From Desulfomonilia bacterium (GTDB taxonomy: Bacteria; Desulfobacterota; Desulfomonilia; UBA1062), in NCBI GenBank assembly GCA_963664325.2, contig CAXXDQ010000003.1:1078563-1142562 (forward strand): 64,000 nucleotides of DNA, written 5' to 3'. The notes below the pieces were generated by a model. It had not been told where the DNA came from. It searched no databases and saw nothing but the letters and a program-made list of their open reading frames with translations. The number at the start of each line of letters is the position of its first letter. Positions within the stretch are counted from its first letter, which is position 1. Shown piece after piece: positions 19,201 to 31,508 of this stretch. The translations under genes were made by a program, and so were the position numbers.

Positions 19201-20732
19201 CTAAGGGAGAGCGAAGCTCAGAAGAAAGCCATTCTGGACGGTATCACCACCAACATCGCCCTGGTGGATAAAAATATGACTATCCTGTGGGCCAATAAAA
19301 CAGCTGCAGCATCAGTAAATAAGCTACCGGAAGAGATGATCGGCCGGACCTGTCATTCCCTCTGGGGGAACCCCGGCGAGCCATGCGATCAATGCCCGTC
19401 TTTGAAGGCCTTCAAAACAAGAAAGTCCGAACATATAATCATGCATACTCCAGATGGCCGGATTTGGGACGAAAGGGGTGAGCCGGTTTACGATGCAACA
19501 GGAAATGTGGTTGCCGTAGTTGAAATTGCCCAGGACATCACCGATATCAAACACGCGGAGGAGGAGAGGGAGAAGCTGCAGGAGCAATTGAGCCAGGCCC
19601 AGAAGATGGAATCCGTGGGCCGTCTGGCTGGCGGCGTGGCGCACGATTTCAACAACATGCTCAGCGTCATTCTGGGGCATGCTGAACTGGCCATGATGCT
19701 GACTGACCCCGAACAACCTCTCTACCATGATCTGGAGGAAATACGTAAAGCCTCGGAGCGTTCCGCGGACCTCACACGGCAACTCCTGGCCTTTGCCCGG
19801 AAGCAGACCGTGGTTCCGAAGGTTCTTGACCTCAATGAGGCCGTGGAAGGGATGCTCAAGATGCTGAGGCGGCTCATCGGCGAAGACATCGATCTGGCCT
19901 GGCTGCCTGGCAAGAATCTCGCATCGGTCAAGCTGGATCCCTCCCAGATCGACCAGGTCCTGGCCAACCTGCTTGTCAATGCCCGTGACGCCATAGCCGG
20001 GGATGGCAAGGTAACCATTGAAACGGGAAATGTAACCCTGGATGAAAACTACTGTGCCGATCATGCGGGATTTGTCCCGGGAGACTATGTACTTCTGGCC
20101 GTAAGTGACAACGGCAGCGGAATGGACAAAGAAACCCTGGCCAACATATTCGAGCCATTTTTCACCACCAAAGGGGTGGGAGAAGGCACCGGCCTGGGGC
20201 TGTCCACCGTTTACGGCATTGTCAAGCAGAACAACGGATTCATCAATGTATACAGCGAACCCGGCTATGGGACCACCTTCAGGATATATCTGCCCCGGTT
20301 ATACAGGCAAAACCGGGGTGCTAAAGACAAAAGGTCTTATGGCGGCCTGTCGAGCGAGGCCAGGAAACCATACTGCTGGTGGAAGACGAGCCTTCGATCC
20401 TTAACATGACCACATCAATGCTTCAACACCTGGGGTATATACCGGACTGGCGGCTTCAGGTCCGGGCGAGGCCATCCGCTTTGTAGAGACATACGTTGGT
20501 GATATCCACCTGCTCATGACCGACGTGGTCATGCCCCGAAATGAACGGAAGGGATTTGGCCTCCAAACTTTTATCTCTCCATCCGAATCTCAAGATCCTT
20601 TTCATGTCAGGCTACACGGCCAATGTAATTGCCCATCACGGTGTGCTTGATAAAGGCGTATTTTTCATTCAGAAGCCGTTCTCGATGCAGGACCTGGCTT
20701 CGAAACTGAGAGACGTGCTGGACAGCAAATAA
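16256..20732 (+). pseudogene. Larger multi-PAS hybrid histidine kinase paralog, broken by many frameshifts and at least one in-frame stop
   Basis: The homologous reading continues across ORF fragments 16256-16516, 16616-16990, 16830-17441, 17188-17745, 17808-18074, 17950-18513, 18383-18580, 18664-20409 and 20541-20732. The N-terminus MSNHNEKTK...LWIAVMITV...DLLQQARVLAQ parallels the kinase at 13611. Where I could compare with the intact paralog, several shifts are single-base length changes in short homopolymers: AAGGG at ~16695, TGGGG at ~16808, CCCC at ~17425 and ~20535. Confidence 0.75.
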
Positions 20733-20844
20733 TAAAACCTGGATTCGGTATAAAAGGCAAGAACCTGGAAGGAGTTGCGGCACACCATGTCCATGCCTAT
20801 GAATGCACTATATTTACAGGAACAAGATAATGCCAATCTGTATG

Positions 20845-21255
20845 TTACTTATGGTATTTCTCACCCCTTATAATCGTAAAGGCCCTATAAACCTGTTCAA
20901 GCAGCATAACGCGGATTAACTGATGGTTGAAGGTCATCTTTGAGAAGCTCATAAGTATGTCGGCGTCCTTTTCGAATTCCGCAACGTGGCCTTCAGCTGC
21001 TCCGGTATAAAAGTAAAGGTGCTTTGTAGAACTGTTCAGGTTATCCCTGATAAATTCTGCAAACGCTTCCGATGACATCATCTTTCCGGACGGTGAGAGG
21101 ACAACATGGACACCTTCTCTGGCCTGTTTTTTCACGGATTTTACCTCGATAATCTCTGCAGGCACATATCTCTTGATTCTTTTGAAATAATCATCGATGA
21201 GTTCGCTGATTCCGCCTCTGAATGTCCTGCCGGCAAAATTAAAGATAATCTTCAA
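20845..21255 (-). CDS. rlmH: 23S rRNA (pseudouridine1915-N3)-methyltransferase RlmH
   Basis: 136 aa. C-terminal ...MTFNHQLIRVMLLEQVYRAFTIIRGEKYHK is the SPOUT/RlmH signature. Sits in the conserved nadD-rsfS-rlmH context. Confidence 0.85.
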   Translation of the reverse strand: MKIIFNFAGRTFRGGISELIDDYFKRIKRYVPAEIIEVKSVKKQAREGVHVVLSPSGKMMSSEAFAEFIRDNLNSSTKHLYFYTGAAEGHVAEFEKDADILMSFSKMTFNHQLIRVMLLEQVYRAFTIIRGEKYHK

Positions 21256-21576
21256 TCAGGTAAGCCTCTGGGCATTAAGCCACATCCCTTCAATATCGTA
21301 ATATTTTCTCAAATCATCCTGAAAGATGTGTACGACGACATCAAAGTAGTCAAGCAGCACCCATCGGCCTTCTTCGGCACCCTCTGTGCTGAACGGCCGG
21401 CCTGCATTTTCCCTCAGATATTCTCCGATGGCCCTGACCTGCCTGTCCGATGACCCCGAGGCAATTATTATGTAATCAGTAACCGAGGAGTATTTTTTTA
21501 CATCGAGTACTACAATGTCCTTCGCCTTTGTTTCTTCGAGCTTTTCTTTGATCTGGGACCACAGAGCTTTCTTCAC
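21256..21576 (-). CDS. rsfS: Ribosomal silencing factor RsfS (iojap family)
   Basis: 106 aa. DYIIIASGSSDRQVRAI...WVLLDYFDVVVHIF is typical RsfS, and it sits between nadD and rlmH. Confidence 0.85.
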   Translation of the reverse strand: MKKALWSQIKEKLEETKAKDIVVLDVKKYSSVTDYIIIASGSSDRQVRAIGEYLRENAGRPFSTEGAEEGRWVLLDYFDVVVHIFQDDLRKYYDIEGMWLNAQRLT

Positions 21577-22202
21577 GCATACATCCTTTCTTCATAGATA
21601 TATTTTTCTACAGCAGGCGGGACAAATCCTGTTAAAGGTCTTCCTTCCTTGATGTATTCCCTTATGGCGCTTGATGATATGTCATTGGGCGTAACATCAA
21701 TAAATATAATATCCCTGCCCGCCATACTTATATAGCCATGAGAGGTCTTACTGAATGTTTTTGAAAATTTTCCCATAACCGCATTAAGGCCGGGTTTGTT
21801 TGCTCCCGGCCTTGACATTACTATGAAATGGGCAACTTCAAAAAGCCTTCTGGCGTCATACCAGCTCATAATATCATTGAAGGCATCCCGGCCAAGGATG
21901 AAATAGGGGACAGTTTTATATATGGATGAGAAATGTTCGATTGTTTTTATCGAGTAAGAGGTCCCTTTTGCATCGACCTCGAAAGATGAAACCTCCAGAT
22001 GAGGATTGCCGGAAATCGCAAGCCTGACTGCTTCAAGCCGTTTTTCCGAGGATGTTGCGTCGGCCAGTTCCTTGTGAGGCGGGATATGTGAAGGCACCAG
22101 AATGACCTTATCAAGAAAGGCCGCTCTCCTTACATCTTCAGCGGCTCTCAGGTGGCCGTAGTGTATGGGATTGAATGTGCCTCCGAAAATGCCAATTCTC
22201 AT
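21573..22202 (-). CDS. nadD: Nicotinate-nucleotide adenylyltransferase
   Basis: 209 aa. N-terminal GIFGGTFNPIHYGHL (HxGH nucleotidyltransferase motif). 4-nt overlap with rsfS. Confidence 0.88.
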   Translation of the reverse strand: MRIGIFGGTFNPIHYGHLRAAEDVRRAAFLDKVILVPSHIPPHKELADATSSEKRLEAVRLAISGNPHLEVSSFEVDAKGTSYSIKTIEHFSSIYKTVPYFILGRDAFNDIMSWYDARRLFEVAHFIVMSRPGANKPGLNAVMGKFSKTFSKTSHGYISMAGRDIIFIDVTPNDISSSAIREYIKEGRPLTGFVPPAVEKYIYEERMYA

Positions 22203-23455
22203 CTATTGCCTTATCTGGCCGTCACCGAAGCAGACGAATTTCTCAATTGTAAGCCCTTCGATCCCCATAGGTCCGTAGGCATGGATCTTTGACGTGCTTA
22301 TCCCAACTTCCGCCCCTAGCCCGAACTGGCCGCCATCGGAAAAGCGGGTGCTTGCATTTACAAGTACGGTTGAAGAATCCACTTCCTTTAAAAATCGCAT
22401 GGCCTTTGTATAATTCTCAGTGATAATCGCCTCGGTATGGTTTGATCCGTATTTTTCTATATGGTCGATAGCTTCATCGAGCGAACCTACAACCTTGACA
22501 GAGAGTATCAGGTCCACATATTCCTCGTACCAGTCAGCTTCAGTGGCCTTTTTTTTAACAGAAGGCACGATGGCCATTGTCTTTGGACATCCCCGGATTT
22601 CGACACCGGCCTTTTCAAACATGGCTGTCATTTCAGGCAGAAAAAGCTCTGCCATGTCTTCATGCACAAGAAGCGTCTCCATTGCGTTGCAGACCCCGGG
22701 ACGCTGAACCTTGGCATTGAAACATATTCTGTAGGCCTTGTTAATATCCGCACCATTGTCAACATATATGTGACATACACCCTTGTAGTGTTTGAGTACC
22801 GGAATGCGCGAATTTTCAACAACCGTTCTGATAAGACCTTCGCCTCCGCGCGGTATGACAACGTCAATATAATCCTCAAGCTTGAGCAGCTCGTTGATCA
22901 CCGCCCTGTCTGTTACAGGGATAAAGCCTATAATATCCGGGTTGATACCTGACCCTTCAAGTGTCTTTTTTAATATACCGGCAATAGCCAAGTTTGAATT
23001 GAACGCCTCAGAGCCGCCTCGTAGAATAACTGCATTGCCTGATTTAAGGCAAAGCCCGACTGCATCGGCGGTGACATTCGGGCGGCTTTCATAAATCATG
23101 GCCACAACACCGATAGGAATGCGCATCCTGCCTACCATCAGTCCGTTAGGCCTTACGGACATACTTGTAATTGATCCGATCGGGTCGGGAAGTTCAGCGA
23201 TTTCCGTTAAGGCAACAGCCATTCCCTCGATGACCTTATCGGTCAGGGTCAGCCTGTCGATCATGGCACCAGAAAGGCCGGACGCCTTGGCCTTCTTTAC
23301 ATCAAGGGCATTTTCTTCTTTGAGCATAACTGCATTATCTCTCAATGCTCCTGCCATCTTTCTGAGAACGGACGCCTTTTCCTCGCTGCCAAGCGTGACA
23401 AGTTTTCGTGAGGCTTCATTTGCCTTTTTAGCAATTGTTAAGATATCCGCACTCA

Positions 23456-23456
<1 letters not shown>
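22203..23456 (-). CDS. proA: Gamma-glutamyl phosphate reductase
   Basis: 417 aa, aldehyde-dehydrogenase-like, immediately downstream of proB. Contains ...NAVILRGGSEA... and ...VCNAMETLLVH... Confidence 0.88.
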
Positions 23457-25589
<2,133 letters not shown>

Positions 25590-25599
25590 CTATTTGATA

Positions 25600-25857
25600 T
25601 TAAGCAGCGGCAATTACCTGGACTACTTTTTTCTTTGAAGCAAGCGTCTGGAACTTAACCGTGCCTTCAGTGAGGGCGAAGAGCGTGTAGTCTCTTCCGC
25701 AACCGACGTTGGGCCCCGGATGGATTTTTGTACCGCATTGGCGGACTATTATGCTTCCCGCCTTGCATGTCTGACCATCAAAAACTTTCACGCCGAGCCT
25801 TTTCCCTGCCGAATCCCTGCCGTTTCTCGATGTTCCGCCGGATTTCTTGTGTGCCAT
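25600..25857 (-). CDS. rpmA: 50S ribosomal protein L27
   Basis: 85 aa, [24 protein letters not shown]... Confidence 0.95.
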   Translation of the reverse strand: MAHKKSGGTSRNGRDSAGKRLGVKVFDGQTCKAGSIIVRQCGTKIHPGPNVGCGRDYTLFALTEGTVKFQTLASKKKVVQVIAAA

Positions 25858-25860
25858 GAC

Positions 25861-26175
25861 TTATGCCCCCTTTGTAATCCCGGTAATGCTGACTTCGGTC
25901 AGGTTCTGCCTGTGCCCCTGTTTCTTGTGGTAGCCTTTGCGGCGCTTCATTTTGAAGATTATGACTTTCGGCCCCTTCATCTGTCTGACGACCTTTGCCT
26001 TTACTGACGCGCCTTCAATTACCGGTTTGCCGAGAATAAAATCATCGCCGCCTATGAAGAGAACTTCGTCAAAGGTTATATCGTCGCCCTTGACTGCTGC
26101 GAGTTTTTCCACCTTGAGCTTATCGCCTTCTTCTACCTTGTACTGTTTTCCGCCTGTTCTTATCACTGCGTACAT
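25861..26175 (-). CDS. rplU: 50S ribosomal protein L21
   Basis: 104 aa, [18 protein letters not shown]...; first gene of the rplU-rpmA-obg block. Confidence 0.95.
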   Translation of the reverse strand: MYAVIRTGGKQYKVEEGDKLKVEKLAAVKGDDITFDEVLFIGGDDFILGKPVIEGASVKAKVVRQMKGPKVIIFKMKRRKGYHKKQGHRQNLTEVSITGITKGA

Positions 26176-26313
26176 ACTTCACCCCGTGTGTTCTTAAAAA
26201 GGTTTTTGAGCTATTAGTGAAAGAAGCCTCACTTGTCAAGGGATATTGTGACAATTGCTCTTGCAAACATGACGTTTGAACGATGGAAGGCAAAGACTTG
26301 TTTTATATCCTTT

Positions 26314-27405
26314 TTAACCGGCCACCTTCACAGATGCGACACTGAAAGAAGGCAGAAATGGATGCAGCCCCCTATCACCGTAATTATCTGTCCCTAGTGT
26401 CGGTCCCAGATCGAGTTCGCCAGTGTGGAAAGTGTAGTCGGGGTTTGGCGATGTGCTGTCGCTGTAATTCAGGGTGTTTTCGACGTCCACATCGACTGTT
26501 ATATCATATTCTCCACCCGAGATCGTAAACGGTTCGATCGTGGCGTTAAGTCCGCCGAGAGTACTGCCGCTGGTTATTATTACCGGGTTGGCGCTGCTGT
26601 CATAATCATCAGCGTCGCCCCAGAAATCCGGGTCATCAAAGAGGTCGATCGTACTGTCGGGTCCTGCGCCACCTGACGGGTGGGCGCTCTCAGTCACGGA
26701 AATAAAGAAATTGCTATGATCGGCGTCAACCTCGCGTCTGAGCCAGAACCATTCGTCATATCCCTCTTCATTAATGTTGACTACAAAATCGCGCTTCCAG
26801 TACTTATCGTGAGCATTGAAGTAGAGACGGAAGTTGCAGTACATTGCATCGGGAATCTCATCAGGCTGGAACGTGGATATATCCCATCCGAACACCGTAG
26901 CCAGGTCGGTTTCTTCACATATCGAAGGGAGATGAAAGTAAACGGGAAACTGCATTTCAATATAAAGGAACTGCATTTTGTAACCGGTATAGGTTCCTTC
27001 CGACATAGATGCAGCTGTTAGCAGCTCACTGGTAGCGTTTTCTGATGAAAAGTCTACAATCAGGGGATTATTTTCCGTATAGGTCGGGTTTGACTCGTCC
27101 GGATTTATCAGGTTGATCTGGGTGCTGTCATCTTTGACAAGCCAGAAATTTACGAGCGCAATCTTATAAATGTTCGGGGATATATCTGCTTCTGATGAAA
27201 TTCCGCCGGGGCTGAGGTTCGACACCTTCATAGAAAGGTTTACAGTGCCCGGACCGCCCGAGGTGACGCTTCCGCCAGTCTCGCTTCCTCCTCCGCCACC
27301 GCCTCCTCCGCATCCTGCATTCAGGATTATTGACGAGGCAAAGAGAACAACCATATAAATTTTAATATAGATCAAGTGATAATTTTTTTCTCTCGGTTTA
27401 TCCAT
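26314..27405 (-). CDS. Hypothetical lipoprotein with a poly-glycine linker
   Basis: 363-aa ORF with GGGGGG upstream of the ATG at 27405. ...VVLFASSIILNAGC lipobox followed by GGGGGGGGSETGGSVTSGGPG. I recognise no family. Confidence 0.65.
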   Translation of the reverse strand: MDKPREKNYHLIYIKIYMVVLFASSIILNAGCGGGGGGGGSETGGSVTSGGPGTVNLSMKVSNLSPGGISSEADISPNIYKIALVNFWLVKDDSTQINLINPDESNPTYTENNPLIVDFSSENATSELLTAASMSEGTYTGYKMQFLYIEMQFPVYFHLPSICEETDLATVFGWDISTFQPDEIPDAMYCNFRLYFNAHDKYWKRDFVVNINEEGYDEWFWLRREVDADHSNFFISVTESAHPSGGAGPDSTIDLFDDPDFWGDADDYDSSANPVIITSGSTLGGLNATIEPFTISGGEYDITVDVDVENTLNYSDSTSPNPDYTFHTGELDLGPTLGTDNYGDRGLHPFLPSFSVASVKVAG

Positions 27406-27554
27406 GTTACCCCCCTTGTTGCTTATATATTCCTTTTATCGGCATTTTCCTGAATTACAAAAGCGTCTGATTGGACATGTTTCCAGGTGAAGGAAATATT
27501 TTTTAAAATTATCGAGCTACTTGTTTTCAATAAAAACGAGGGTATTCTTTTTTT

Positions 27555-29840
27555 ATGCTCTTAAAAGATGCCGGAATCAAGCATCCCCTTGTATGTGTTT
27601 TTGCAGGAACTGCTTTTGGGATATGTGCTGTTATGCAGGATATTCAGGCTTCATCCTTCTGCTTTTTAATACTTGCACTTCTCTTCTCGATCAAAAGACT
27701 GCCTCACATATTATCAGGAATTCTGATCGGAGCTCTGGCCACCTCCTGTGCAGTAAAACCAGCCGGCTTCGAAGGTGAGCACTTGATTTCAGGCAGAATT
27801 ATTTTATCAGGTTTTGAATACGGCACATACAGGATTGAAATAAAGGATATTCATGTTGACGGTAAACCTGCACGCGGCAAAGCGAGACTCGGAATTTATG
27901 AAAATATCGGGGTACCTTCAGGAGCAGACCTCAGCGCTACTGCCAGATTGTCATTCCCGGCAGGCCCCGATAATTTCGCTCAGGCCGATATCAGGCATTC
28001 CCTGCTTTCAGAGGGTATTACGGTCACAGGTTACATAAAGGATTTCAATGATATAAAATTTTCAGGCATAAAGAATCCCGGTTTCAGACCATGTAAAATG
28101 CTTGATTCGATCGGGGGCAATGAGGCAGGTGTGCTCAAAGCAATCATTACCGGTGACAGGTCAGGGCTTACGCCACAGGTAAATGACCTTTTTGCCTCTC
28201 TGGGGCTGTCCCATTTGATAGCAATTTCAGGGCTGAATTTCGGACTCGTGATACTCTTCGGCTACCTGCTGTCTTTTAATATCATAAGACTGATTCCACC
28301 TCTTGCGCAAAGACTTGATACTCCCCTTGTATCAAAGGCATTCGGGCTGGTCTGCGCAATTGCCTACGGGATGTTTGTCGAGCCGTCATTTCCGACCACA
28401 AGGGCGCTTGTTATGGCGTGTATTGTGATCGGGGCATTTATGACAGCACGAAGGATAAATCTTATCGATGCACTGGCTTTTTCAGGGATATTTATCCTTG
28501 TCATCTGGCCGCACAGCCTGTTTACGGCGAGCTTTCTGCTAACCTTTGCCGCTGTTCTGGGAATAGTGGCCGTAACTCAAAAGCTTAAAAATACGGGCAT
28601 TGCCGTCCAGTTGGTTGCGGTGCCTTTTATTGCAGCTGTTTTTACCCTGCCCATATCGGTCCAGTATTTTGGCTTCATTTCACCTCTAAGCATAATTTAT
28701 AATCTGCTGTTCGTTCCGATTTTCAGCTTTATAATCATGCCGCTGTCGCTGATTGGAATGCTCATATCATCCTTCTGGGAAACAGGGGCTCTATACCTGT
28801 ATGGCCTGTGCATGGATGCTATTTCACTTATTCTAACTACAGGAGAAAGGTTCGGAAGTCTGGTTGCCGTGCCGAAACCCGGCATATGGTATTTTTACCT
28901 GCTGTATCTGGTTCTTTTTATACTGCTGTTTGCAAAGCGTTCATTGTTAAAGGCAGCAATTCTTGTTCCGGCCGGCATATCACTGTTTATCTTACCGGTT
29001 TTCCTTCAGTATCAAAAAATGAATATGCCGCTGACTTTCGACTTTATCAGTGTCGGAAACGGTGACTGCATTCTTATTACCAAAGGTCATCATTCTATCT
29101 TGATCGACGCCGGAGGGTCTTACACTGATTTTGATACGGGGAGATTCATTGTAGGCCCAAGGCTTTTATCAAGAGGCATAACGAAGCTCGACCTTGTCGT
29201 GGCCACACATTCTCATCCCGATCATATTGGCGGCCTTCCTTTCATACTCGAAAGATTTAAAGTCGGACAGGTCTGGATCAATTGTAAAGACGATCCCGGT
29301 TTCACGGATGTCTTCATGGTTACAGATTTGAAACATATACCTGTTGATGCTGTCTTCGCAGGGGTCAAACTTTCATTTCCAAACGATTTTAATATAGACG
29401 TTTTCCACCCCCAGCATCTTTTGGAGGCGGCAGACAGGAAACTGGACTTGAATTTGCATTCAATTGTTTTAAGGATAGGTGACGGCTCTCTGAGCGGAAT
29501 TTTCATGGCCGACTCTGACTGGTTCGGAGAGGTTAACATGGTGCATCAGGCAAGTGGCATGAGAGCGGATATTCTGAAGGCTGCACATCACGGCTCGAAA
29601 AGATCCTGCCTCGATATTTTTTTAAATGAGGTCAGGCCTGAAACGGTGATCATAACATGCGGAAAAAATAACCATTTCGGCCTGCCTTCAGAAGAGGCGT
29701 TAGGACGTCTTAAATCAGCAAAAATAAATACTTTATTGACAAGCGTTAACGGTGAGATGTTGATTTCAAAGGAATCTGATACTATAATAATTAAGTCATT
29801 TAAAAAATATGCCGATAATAAATTTAGAACTATATATTAA
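27555..29840 (+). CDS. comEC: DNA internalization competence protein ComEC/Rec2
   Basis: 761 aa. Long polytopic membrane core plus a C-terminal metallo-beta-lactamase domain (VVATHSHPDHIGG ... AAHHGS). Confidence 0.85.
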   Translation: MLLKDAGIKHPLVCVFAGTAFGICAVMQDIQASSFCFLILALLFSIKRLPHILSGILIGALATSCAVKPAGFEGEHLISGRIILSGFEYGTYRIEIKDIHVDGKPARGKARLGIYENIGVPSGADLSATARLSFPAGPDNFAQADIRHSLLSEGITVTGYIKDFNDIKFSGIKNPGFRPCKMLDSIGGNEAGVLKAIITGDRSGLTPQVNDLFASLGLSHLIAISGLNFGLVILFGYLLSFNIIRLIPPLAQRLDTPLVSKAFGLVCAIAYGMFVEPSFPTTRALVMACIVIGAFMTARRINLIDALAFSGIFILVIWPHSLFTASFLLTFAAVLGIVAVTQKLKNTGIAVQLVAVPFIAAVFTLPISVQYFGFISPLSIIYNLLFVPIFSFIIMPLSLIGMLISSFWETGALYLYGLCMDAISLILTTGERFGSLVAVPKPGIWYFYLLYLVLFILLFAKRSLLKAAILVPAGISLFILPVFLQYQKMNMPLTFDFISVGNGDCILITKGHHSILIDAGGSYTDFDTGRFIVGPRLLSRGITKLDLVVATHSHPDHIGGLPFILERFKVGQVWINCKDDPGFTDVFMVTDLKHIPVDAVFAGVKLSFPNDFNIDVFHPQHLLEAADRKLDLNLHSIVLRIGDGSLSGIFMADSDWFGEVNMVHQASGMRADILKAAHHGSKRSCLDIFLNEVRPETVIITCGKNNHFGLPSEEALGRLKSAKINTLLTSVNGEMLISKESDTIIIKSFKKYADNKFRTIY

Positions 29841-29875
29841 TATTATGTCCAAAAGACGGTAAGGAAATGATTTGA

Positions 29876-30559
29876 ATGTTTAAAAAAATGTTAAGGGTTC
29901 ATAAAAACGAGGATGGCGGAACAAGGGAATACCGGATGACAGCCTCCATGTCAGCAGGATTGACCCTTGTCGAGCTTATAGTTGTCATGATCCTGTCGCT
30001 GATACTTGTAGGTTCTGCATTCACGGCGTACCTGGCGCACAGCAAGACCAGCGGCGAACAGGGCAGGGTGGTGGCGCTTCAACAGGACCTCAGGGCGGTT
30101 ATGGATATGATAGAAAGGGACGTTAAAAATTCAGGATGCCATGATCCAAGACTTTCCGGTACTGCTAACATCCAGCCTATAGGGGCGTCCAGCTCAGGAC
30201 TAAACTCCCTGGCGCTGAACATGGACTTGAATCTGGACGGAGCAACCACAGCCCAGGGTGAGCAGGTCAGATATGTGCTTAACGGGACCACATTGAACAG
30301 GGTTGACCAGGGCGTGACAGTAGCCCTGCTGAACAATGTAACTTCATTCGGGATAATTTATAGAGATGCGAACAATGCGGTTATCACGCCGGCAGGTACG
30401 CTTACCCAGACCCAGGCCGGCCAGGTTTTATCGGTAGTGGTGACGCTCAGGGTTCAGAGCGCAACCCCTGACCCTGATACGGGGCTGCCGGTTGTGAGAA
30501 GGGTAACAAGACGGATGCAAAGCCGCAATCTGGAGATAACACAAAAACATTTCAACTAA
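29876..30559 (+). CDS. pilW: Type IV minor pilin, PilW-like (start uncertain; probably the ATG at 29936)
   Basis: Prepilin-type N-terminus MTASMSAG/LTLVELIVVMILSLILVG (class III signal, Glu at +5). First gene of the minor-pilin operon. Confidence 0.7.
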   Translation: MFKKMLRVHKNEDGGTREYRMTASMSAGLTLVELIVVMILSLILVGSAFTAYLAHSKTSGEQGRVVALQQDLRAVMDMIERDVKNSGCHDPRLSGTANIQPIGASSSGLNSLALNMDLNLDGATTAQGEQVRYVLNGTTLNRVDQGVTVALLNNVTSFGIIYRDANNAVITPAGTLTQTQAGQVLSVVVTLRVQSATPDPDTGLPVVRRVTRRMQSRNLEITQKHFN

Positions 30560-30590
30560 TGAGAAAAACAGAACAGCAGGGAGGTCTAGC

Positions 30591-31034
30591 ATGAGGTTGC
30601 GTAATAATTTAATTTTTGGAGAGGACGGGGAAAGCGGCTTTACCCTTATCGAGCTTTTAGTGGCGCTGGTAATATTTTCCATAGGAATTGTAGGTGCGGC
30701 CAGGCTCCAGATAGCAGCGGTTTCAGGCAATTCATACAGTATGCAGCTGGCTCAGGCGATAAGTGTTGCACAGAACGAAGCTGAAAGGCTCCAGGATATA
30801 AACTTTACTGTAGCTCAGGTTACTGACGGCGTTATCGATGCTCTCGAGACACCTGGTAATGCCACGACTTCAGGGGCTGTTGTTACTATTAATAATACAA
30901 ATTATACTCCAGTCTGGACTGCCGTGTCTGTAAATAACAATCCAAGATTACGTATGGTAACGATGTTCGTCAACTGGAACGAAAAGGGTGTCCCTCGGGT
31001 GTATAGATTAAGATTCTACACTGGAATGGACTAG
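30591..31034 (+). CDS. pilV: Type IV minor pilin, PilV-like
   Basis: 147 aa. GESG/FTLIELLVALVIFSIGIVG is a canonical prepilin cleavage/methylation motif. Confidence 0.75.
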   Translation: MRLRNNLIFGEDGESGFTLIELLVALVIFSIGIVGAARLQIAAVSGNSYSMQLAQAISVAQNEAERLQDINFTVAQVTDGVIDALETPGNATTSGAVVTINNTNYTPVWTAVSVNNNPRLRMVTMFVNWNEKGVPRVYRLRFYTGMD

Positions 31035-31047
31035 CAGGAATGAAAAA

Positions 31048-31500
31048 ATGATGAAGAAAGGTATAAACCTATTAGAAAATAAGGATGGTATCGTGCTGGT
31101 CATGGTGCTGCTGGTTCTCATGGCTACGATAGTGATCGGGATATTCCTGGCCAGGACAAGCTTTCTCGAGACCAGGATTGCGGGAAATGAAAAGGAATAT
31201 AAGCAGACTGTTTATGCGCTTGAAAGTTCAACAGACTGGGCAATACAAAATAACACAGATGCATTTGCAAACGTGGGGATCAATATCGGTCAGAATTATA
31301 CCTATAGCTCAGCAAGCCTCCCTACTGACGGTATCATAAACAGTTCAACGATAACGGTCAGATTAACAGGGATACAGAAACCTCCTCTCGGTTCGGGTTC
31401 AGATCCGGCCAGGTTCAGGGCAAGATACTATACAATCAGCTCCATCCAGGGCGGATATACATTGGATATAGGTGTTTACAGGATATTTCCTAAACAATAA
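31048..31500 (+). CDS. pilX: PilX-like pilus assembly protein
   Basis: 150 aa. N-terminal hydrophobic helix GIVLVMVLLVLMATIVIG without a cleavage motif. Position between pilV and pilY1. Confidence 0.55.
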   Translation: MMKKGINLLENKDGIVLVMVLLVLMATIVIGIFLARTSFLETRIAGNEKEYKQTVYALESSTDWAIQNNTDAFANVGINIGQNYTYSSASLPTDGIINSSTITVRLTGIQKPPLGSGSDPARFRARYYTISSIQGGYTLDIGVYRIFPKQ

Positions 31501-31508
31501 AAAAGGCG

